Below are positions 58,233 to 64,000 of a DNA stretch of 64,000 nucleotides, piece after piece. Numbering within the stretch: the stretch's first letter is position 1; the number at the start of each line of letters is the position of its first letter. Position numbers and translations under genes: made by a program. The notes under the pieces were generated by a model. It was not told the origin of the DNA and ran no database searches. It saw only the letters and a list, made by a program, of their open reading frames with translations. Origin of the DNA: Desulfovibrionaceae bacterium (GTDB taxonomy: Bacteria; Desulfobacterota; Desulfovibrionia; Desulfovibrionales; Desulfovibrionaceae); assembly GCA_017454105.1 (NCBI GenBank), contig JAFTDR010000203.1, positions 2,529 to 66,528 of the forward strand, written 5' to 3'.

Positions 58233-59951
58233 ATGGCGGAGGCTTTGAAAAAAGAATTGGTTGAGGGCGGATGGCAGTCGCTTCCGAAAATGCCCGGAGC
58301 CCAAGGGAAAAAGGTGCTTGTGAATGCCTCCGGTTCGTCCCCTGTCATAATGTCGCTTCAGAGGACGGATTTGCCTGTCGAAGTCTCGGAATCGAGCGGT
58401 TTCGGCGGTTTTGTCCGCTCTCTTGTTGTGCCTGGAAAGGGGGAGCAGCCAGGAAATCAAGATCCGTTAAAGGCTGCCCAGGACTATCTGTTTTCTGGTG
58501 GCGGATCACAGGTGCCGCAGACAATGCCCGGCCTACCGGCTGCGAAAAAACCGGGTCTTTTCGCAGCCGTCGATGCGCCCCTTGAAGGGCTTATGCCGGA
58601 CGATATCCGTTTCGCAAACGAACTCGATGCCGCAATGCTCAGAAGACCGCGTTTTGGCGCGCGCGTACTCTCGCTTTCCGTTGCGCTCATGTTTTTTGTC
58701 TTGATTGTCTGGGCAGGTTTTGCGGAATTAGACGAGGTCACCCACGCGGACGGATCGGTTGTCGGATCGCAGCGCACGCAGACCATCCAGAATCTTGAAG
58801 GCGGCATTATCCGATCCATTTTTGTCCATGAAGGGCAGGTCGTTGAGAAAAACACGATCTTAGCCCAGCTGGACAATGAGCTTGCCGAATCTTCCTATCG
58901 CGACGCGATCAATAAAACGATTGAAAACTCGCTCGCAATCGAGCGTCTTGAGAGCGAAATGGCCGAAAAGGAGCCTGTTTTTCCTGAAGACCTCAATATC
59001 TGGGTTGCGCGCATCATCGGCCAGTATCCAAATTCCCAGACTCTGAAACGGGCCGAGCAGATTGTCCAGGACCAGAAGAATACCTACACAAGCCGCACGG
59101 TTCAGCTTGCCGCTGAGATCGATGTCTTGAAATCGCAGTACAATCAGAGAATGCACGAGGTGGCTGAGGAGACCTCGCGCAAGGTCCAGCTCGACAAGAG
59201 TCTTGAGCTTGCGATCCGTCAGCGCAATACGGCCTATAATCTTGTGCGCCACAACAATTTTTCGCGTCTTGAGTTCATCGGCCTTGAGCAGAAGGTCGTG
59301 GATCTTCAGGGCCAGGTGGACCAGCTCGCCTCAAGCATTCCGCGGGTGCGCGCAGCGGCCGAGGAATTTAAGCAGCGCATTGCTTCGCGCAAAGCCGAGC
59401 AGCAGGCCGGCATTTCCGCTGAAATAAACAAGCGTCGCCTTGAACTCATAAGCCTGCGCGAGACGCTCGCTGCCGGCGGTGACAGGGTGACCAGAACGGA
59501 ACTGCGCTCCCCTGTGCGCGGCACAGTCAAGCAGATTTATGTGAATAGCGTGGGCGGCGTTGTGAAGCCTGGCGAATCGATTATGGACATTGTTCCGCTC
59601 GACGATACACTTTTGGTCGAAGCGCGGGTGGCACCGCGCGATGTCGCTTTCTTGCGTCCAGGACAGGATGCCATTGTCAAGGTCTCAGCCTATGACTTCA
59701 ATATCTACGGCGGCCTTGAGGGCAAGCTTGAGTCAATCAGCGCGGACTCAATTGAGGACAGACGCGGCGATTATTTCTTTATCGTAAAGATTCGCACGCC
59801 TCAAACCAATATCATTTACCACAACGAGGTTTTGCCTATCATACCTGGTATGATGGCGACGGCCGATATTCTTATCGGCAAAAAGACCGTCCTCGATTAT
59901 CTTATGAAGCCCATATTGAAGGCCAAGCAGAATGCACTGCGCGAGCGCTAA
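58233..59951 (+). CDS. HlyD-family type I secretion adaptor (LapC-like)
   Basis: IQNLEGGII, LRSPVRGTV, GGVVKPG, IIPGM...ILIGKKTVLDYLMKP. Confidence 0.93.
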   Translation: MAEALKKELVEGGWQSLPKMPGAQGKKVLVNASGSSPVIMSLQRTDLPVEVSESSGFGGFVRSLVVPGKGEQPGNQDPLKAAQDYLFSGGGSQVPQTMPGLPAAKKPGLFAAVDAPLEGLMPDDIRFANELDAAMLRRPRFGARVLSLSVALMFFVLIVWAGFAELDEVTHADGSVVGSQRTQTIQNLEGGIIRSIFVHEGQVVEKNTILAQLDNELAESSYRDAINKTIENSLAIERLESEMAEKEPVFPEDLNIWVARIIGQYPNSQTLKRAEQIVQDQKNTYTSRTVQLAAEIDVLKSQYNQRMHEVAEETSRKVQLDKSLELAIRQRNTAYNLVRHNNFSRLEFIGLEQKVVDLQGQVDQLASSIPRVRAAAEEFKQRIASRKAEQQAGISAEINKRRLELISLRETLAAGGDRVTRTELRSPVRGTVKQIYVNSVGGVVKPGESIMDIVPLDDTLLVEARVAPRDVAFLRPGQDAIVKVSAYDFNIYGGLEGKLESISADSIEDRRGDYFFIVKIRTPQTNIIYHNEVLPIIPGMMATADILIGKKTVLDYLMKPILKAKQNALRER

Positions 59952-60015
59952 TCAAAGAGTCCCGTTTCTGTTTGCGGGTGTGGCATGGACGCCTTTGGGC
60001 GAGGTTTTTCGAGTA

Positions 60016-60064
60016 TATACTCAAGGCAGAAACAAAGTGACAGCTTGTTTCTGGCCGCAGTCAT
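60016..60064 (+). mobile_element. MITE family A mini-derivative between hlyD and the HD-GYP gene
   Basis: TATACTCAAGGCAGAAACAAAGTGACAGCTTGTTTCTGGCCGCAGT: two ends only. Confidence 0.65.
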
Positions 60065-60263
60065 ACAACCGAGCCTCGCCCCTCTCTCTGACAGTCTTTG
60101 TGTGTACAAAGCACCAGAACTTTCCAAAGTAAGAAAAAGTGACTCTGTGGCCAAACTCGCTTTTGAGATTGTGAGTGCATTTGGTCGGGACTTTGCAGGA
60201 AGCCAAGAGTAGAAATACGAGACTTGCGTCGTTTTGCAAAAGATTGGTAGAACGGAGCGTTTC

Positions 60264-62318
60264 ATGGCAAAAAGCAGAAAGGGGCCCATTCTCCTTATTC
60301 TTTTCCTGATAGGCATGATAGGCCTTATTGTCTACGCTGCGGACTGGATTCTCGTGACTTCGCACGGGCAGATGCGGCGCGACACCGAGCAGAGCCTCCG
60401 CAACGGCGCAGCGCAGCAGGTGGCCCTGCTCACGGTCTGGTACGGATCGCTCTCCAGTCAGATCAAGGCTTTTGTTACAGTTGACAGACTGAGGCTTTTT
60501 GCCTCGGAAATCGATTCCCGCAAAATCAATCCGAAAGAACTTGTGGATCCAGCCTCAGGGAATGATCCGAAACTTGCGGGCTTTGTTGAGCGGCTGCCTG
60601 GCCTCTCCTACCTTCTTTCGGAATTTGTGTCGAACAACGAATTTTTTAGTGGCACTGTGCTGACCCCAGATGGCCTCCCCTTTCTTTCGACCAAGACGGA
60701 TATGAGTGTGAGCAAAGCGGGGAAGGCCTGCGTGAGCGAAGTGGTCGCCAAAAAGGCCCCTGTTTTCTTACCGCTCACCAAGATCAACCAGGAACTTGCG
60801 CTGACCTTGGCTGTGCCTATTTTCGCGCCAAGCTATATCGATCAGAAGGGCGAGCGCGTTGTTGCTGTTTTTTTGGGGACTGTCAGTGTTCACAAGGCAG
60901 TTGTCGCCATAGCCCAGACCGATCCTGAGGGTTTTTTCACCTCTGCTGTTCTTGAGCGAAGCCAAGAAAAATTATCGTTAATTGACCCCCTCTTTCCCGG
61001 TGTCCACCGCGAACTTGGGCCTGATTGGGCGCTTGAGGAGGGGACTCTTCCCATGAGCATACGCAACGAGCCTACGCGCTTAGAGAAAGATATCCCAAGC
61101 TACGCTTTGGCTCTCCCTGTGCCCGATGTGCCCTGGCTTGTCATGCAGGGGATGCGCGTAACCCAGGCTGAGGCCGCATATCATCGCCTGCAAAAAAATG
61201 TCTACATAGGGGCCGGGCTCTCTGGGGCCCTTGTGATCATTTTCATTGCGGCCTTGTGGTGGTGGATTGTCGGCCGCAGGGAACGGGCGATGGCCGATCA
61301 GATGCGCAGACTCTATGAGGTCGCGCGCGAGCAGAAGCAGATTCTCGATAGCGTCAACACTGCGGTTCCAGCTGGCATCGTTGTGAACGATCTCTCTGGG
61401 ATGATTTATTACGCGAACCATCGCTTTGCCGATATGGTTAAGATGCCCTCTGATCGGGTGATCGGATCCATGTATACCCAGCTTCCTATTGCTTTTGCGC
61501 GCAGTCTTGTGACCCACACAATCCAGATGAGCGAAAAGCCAGAGCTCGCCAATTTCACAGAGACACTGCCCTCAGAGAGGGACGAGGGTGTTTTTAGAAG
61601 CTATTTGACTGCCTGCTCGCCGTGCGCCGATGAAAATAGCTGCCTTTCAGGGATGGTCTCGGTCTATAGCGACATAACCGATCTTGTGGCCGCGCAGGAG
61701 AAAGCCCAGCGCATGGTGAACAAGACTGTCGATGTTTTTGTCCGGGCAATAGAGGCGATTGATCCCTATCTTCAGGGCCAGTCAAGTCGCACAGCCTTCC
61801 TTGCCGAACGCTTGGCCATAGCACTTGGTCTTACGGATACAGAAACCAGAGACACACTGCTTATTGCCGCAGAACTCTCGCAGATAGGCATGATCCAGCT
61901 ACCCCGGGAACTGCTCTTAAAGTCGGGCGCCCTCTCGAAGGAGGAGAGAAAACAGCTTGAGCAGCATGTCGAGTACGCGCGGGCCTCGCTTGAGGGCGTT
62001 GATTTCGGCCTGCCGGTCCTTGAGGCCATAACCGAGATGTACGAGCGTTTTGACGGATCAGGCTACCCCAAGCATCTTGTGGGCGAGGCGATCTGCCAAA
62101 ATGCACGCATCCTCGCTGTCGCAAACACTTTCTGCGCCCTTCTGCGCCCCCGCTCCTACCGCACAGCCCACACAATGGAGAGTGCGCTTGCGATTTTAGA
62201 GAAGAAGCCGCCGACCTACGATCCCAGAGTGGTTGACGCCCTCAAGGATTTTCTTGCGAGCGATGAGGGCAAGTCCTTCTTTCAGACGCTTACGATCAAC
62301 TGCGCGCACGAAGAATAG
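60264..62318 (+). CDS. Membrane HD-GYP-domain protein with degenerate active site (DvhD-like receptor)
   Basis: TM - periplasmic domain - TM - PAS-like - HD-GYP; DGSGYP kept, metal ligands substituted. Confidence 0.85.
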   Translation: MAKSRKGPILLILFLIGMIGLIVYAADWILVTSHGQMRRDTEQSLRNGAAQQVALLTVWYGSLSSQIKAFVTVDRLRLFASEIDSRKINPKELVDPASGNDPKLAGFVERLPGLSYLLSEFVSNNEFFSGTVLTPDGLPFLSTKTDMSVSKAGKACVSEVVAKKAPVFLPLTKINQELALTLAVPIFAPSYIDQKGERVVAVFLGTVSVHKAVVAIAQTDPEGFFTSAVLERSQEKLSLIDPLFPGVHRELGPDWALEEGTLPMSIRNEPTRLEKDIPSYALALPVPDVPWLVMQGMRVTQAEAAYHRLQKNVYIGAGLSGALVIIFIAALWWWIVGRRERAMADQMRRLYEVAREQKQILDSVNTAVPAGIVVNDLSGMIYYANHRFADMVKMPSDRVIGSMYTQLPIAFARSLVTHTIQMSEKPELANFTETLPSERDEGVFRSYLTACSPCADENSCLSGMVSVYSDITDLVAAQEKAQRMVNKTVDVFVRAIEAIDPYLQGQSSRTAFLAERLAIALGLTDTETRDTLLIAAELSQIGMIQLPRELLLKSGALSKEERKQLEQHVEYARASLEGVDFGLPVLEAITEMYERFDGSGYPKHLVGEAICQNARILAVANTFCALLRPRSYRTAHTMESALAILEKKPPTYDPRVVDALKDFLASDEGKSFFQTLTINCAHEE

Positions 62319-62680
62319 GTGACAGGCATTGTGCTAGCCCGCACGTCCTTCTTGAGATCGCAACCCACCTGGCCTACTTGCGCTCAATACTTCTTCGTGT
62401 ACGGATGGCGCCTAAAACCCAGTTCTTTGTGGCGCAAGTCCGTACCTGGGCAAGTATCCTGCGGACGGAAAAAAAAGCAAAGCCGCATTTTTCCCATTGC
62501 TTGAGCGCGCGTTTCTCTATATACTAACTCACGTAGGCTATGTCATTTGTGTAGTATGCGTAGGTCAGAAAGGCATGTGCGGGAAGTTTCTGGCCAGAGT
62601 ATAGAGTGGACCTGCTCCTATGTTCTTGCGCTGACAGATAGCTATACGCGACTTGGGGCTGAGTTTTTGATGGAGCTTCT

Positions 62681-63625
62681 ATGTCACAGACTAACATTCT
62701 CTTGGAATCAGGCACAAATGAACTCGAGATTGTCGAATTTTATGTAAATCAGGATGGCTACCAGGCGCATTATGGTATTAATGTCGCAAAAGTGGTTGAG
62801 ATCATTCGTTGCCAGCCTGTGACATCCATGCCTGAAATGCGCCATCCGGCCATACGCGGCGCTTTTTCCCATCGCAACGGCCGCATTGTGCCGCTCATTG
62901 ACATGGCGCAGTTTCTCGGCTGCGATTGCGTTGACAACGAGGACGCAAAGGTCATTGTAACCGAATTTAATACTGTTTTTACCGCTTTTCTTGTCTCAGG
63001 GGTCAACCGTATCTACCGCCTAAGCTGGACAGAGGTCGAGGCGCCGGGCAATTTTCTGCAGAATGTGAGCCGCAGTTCTGTTGTCGGTGTCGTGCGCCTT
63101 GAGGAGCGTGTGGTTTTCCTCCTGGATCTTGAGGCAATTGTCGCAGAACTTGAGCCCTCGATGGCTATTTGCTATGAGGGCACGATGGCCGAGAACCACG
63201 AAAACAGGAACTACACCATTCTGCATGTGGATGATTCGCACAGCATACGGAATTTAGTGCGCGATCTCTTCTCACGGGAAGGCAATTTCACCGTGCAGCA
63301 GAAAGTCAACGGCCAGGAGGCCTGGGATTACTTAAATGAGCTTAAGGCGCGTTGCGAGACCGAGAACAAGCCCATAACCGATTTTGTCCAGGGCGTGATT
63401 TCTGATATAGAAATGCCCTTTATGGACGGCTTAAATCTCTGCAAGCGCATCAAAAACGATCCCATTCTCAAAGATTTGCCTGTGGCCATCTTCTCCTCTA
63501 TGATCAACGAGCCCCTTGCGCGCAAATGCGAATCAGTCGGTGCGGACGCCCAGTTCGCAAAACCCGACATGCGCGTTCTCTCCGACAAGATGATGGAAAT
63601 GATAACGCACGTTCGGGGAGCGTAG
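62681..63625 (+). CDS. cheV: Chemotaxis protein CheV (CheW plus receiver)
   Basis: LLESGTNELEIVEF, GINVAKV, LLDLEAI; receiver HVDDS...SDIEMP.MDG...FSS...K. Confidence 0.95.
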   Translation: MSQTNILLESGTNELEIVEFYVNQDGYQAHYGINVAKVVEIIRCQPVTSMPEMRHPAIRGAFSHRNGRIVPLIDMAQFLGCDCVDNEDAKVIVTEFNTVFTAFLVSGVNRIYRLSWTEVEAPGNFLQNVSRSSVVGVVRLEERVVFLLDLEAIVAELEPSMAICYEGTMAENHENRNYTILHVDDSHSIRNLVRDLFSREGNFTVQQKVNGQEAWDYLNELKARCETENKPITDFVQGVISDIEMPFMDGLNLCKRIKNDPILKDLPVAIFSSMINEPLARKCESVGADAQFAKPDMRVLSDKMMEMITHVRGA

Positions 63626-63645
63626 TTTTTTTCCGTCTTTTGTAT

Positions 63646-63672
63646 GCCGTACGCAGTGTGCGGCTTTTTTTT
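63646..63672 (+). terminator. Intrinsic terminator after cheV
   Basis: GCCGTAC-GCAGT-GTGCGGC followed by T8. Confidence 0.7.
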
Positions 63673-64000
63673 GGCCTTTGAGTTGAGTGATCGCATTTTT
63701 ACGCCGGACACGCAGAGAAATTTCCTGATTGCTTGAATACAATTGACCAGCGCAACCCCCTAGTGTCCTGTGTGACAAACGTGCTGCTCAGGCCCTTGGA
63801 GCTACGCAAAAAGTGTATTTGCAAACACCGTCTCTGTTGGTATACTTACGACGTGTGAAATCTTCCTAGCCTCTTAGATTGTGCTTGGTTTCCCGTTTTC
63901 CAAGGGCGCTGTCTTTAGGACACGTTTCGGAAAGTGCATTTAAAAAATGAAATTCAACTTTTTTAGATTGGATGTAGCTTGACTTTTTTAGTTGAAACTT

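Noticed and set aside
59952-60263. Remnant of a LapG/DvhG protease gene
   Set aside because: No CEDY-like catalytic motif noticed; the gap is short and contains a MITE derivative.
1431-63778. Numerous 60-220 aa ORFs antisense to or overlapping the annotated genes
   Set aside because: Typical shadow ORFs of GC-rich coding sequence, with no independent motifs or RBS.

Overview
Mostly housekeeping chromosomal DNA from a Desulfovibrionaceae-like sulfate reducer (inferred from gene content and order). Recognisable genes: argC (partial), class V aminotransferase, nadC-nadA-nadB, mgtE, tpx, manC-manB, pit/DUF47, sstT, ilvA, the ffh-rpsP-khpA-rimM and trmD-rplS-rnhB-rsmI-smpB blocks, rluA-der, rubrerythrin, a Lap/Dvh-type type I secretion locus with a degenerate HD-GYP receptor, and cheV. 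The unusual part is non-coding. Coding density is only about 70% by my gap count, and the gaps hold at least four families of short dispersed repeats. Two are bounded by TATACT...AGTATA (ERIC/IS630-type MITE-like), one is about 200 bp with 28-bp terminal inverted repeats, and there is also a recurrent 21-bp upstream motif. Three AT-rich islets carry decayed toxin-type genes whose putative neutralising partner appears intact: an NYN RNase pseudogene preceded by a structured RNA, a frameshifted HEYYGH metallopeptidase-like toxin followed by a Zn-ribbon ORF, and an Rpn C-terminal tail with its own RBS. The trmD-smpB block appears inverted relative to the ancestral operon, and the T1SS locus lacks its protease and adhesin. 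No tRNA, rRNA, CRISPR array or intact transposase was seen. All family assignments come from motif recognition by eye, not database searches.
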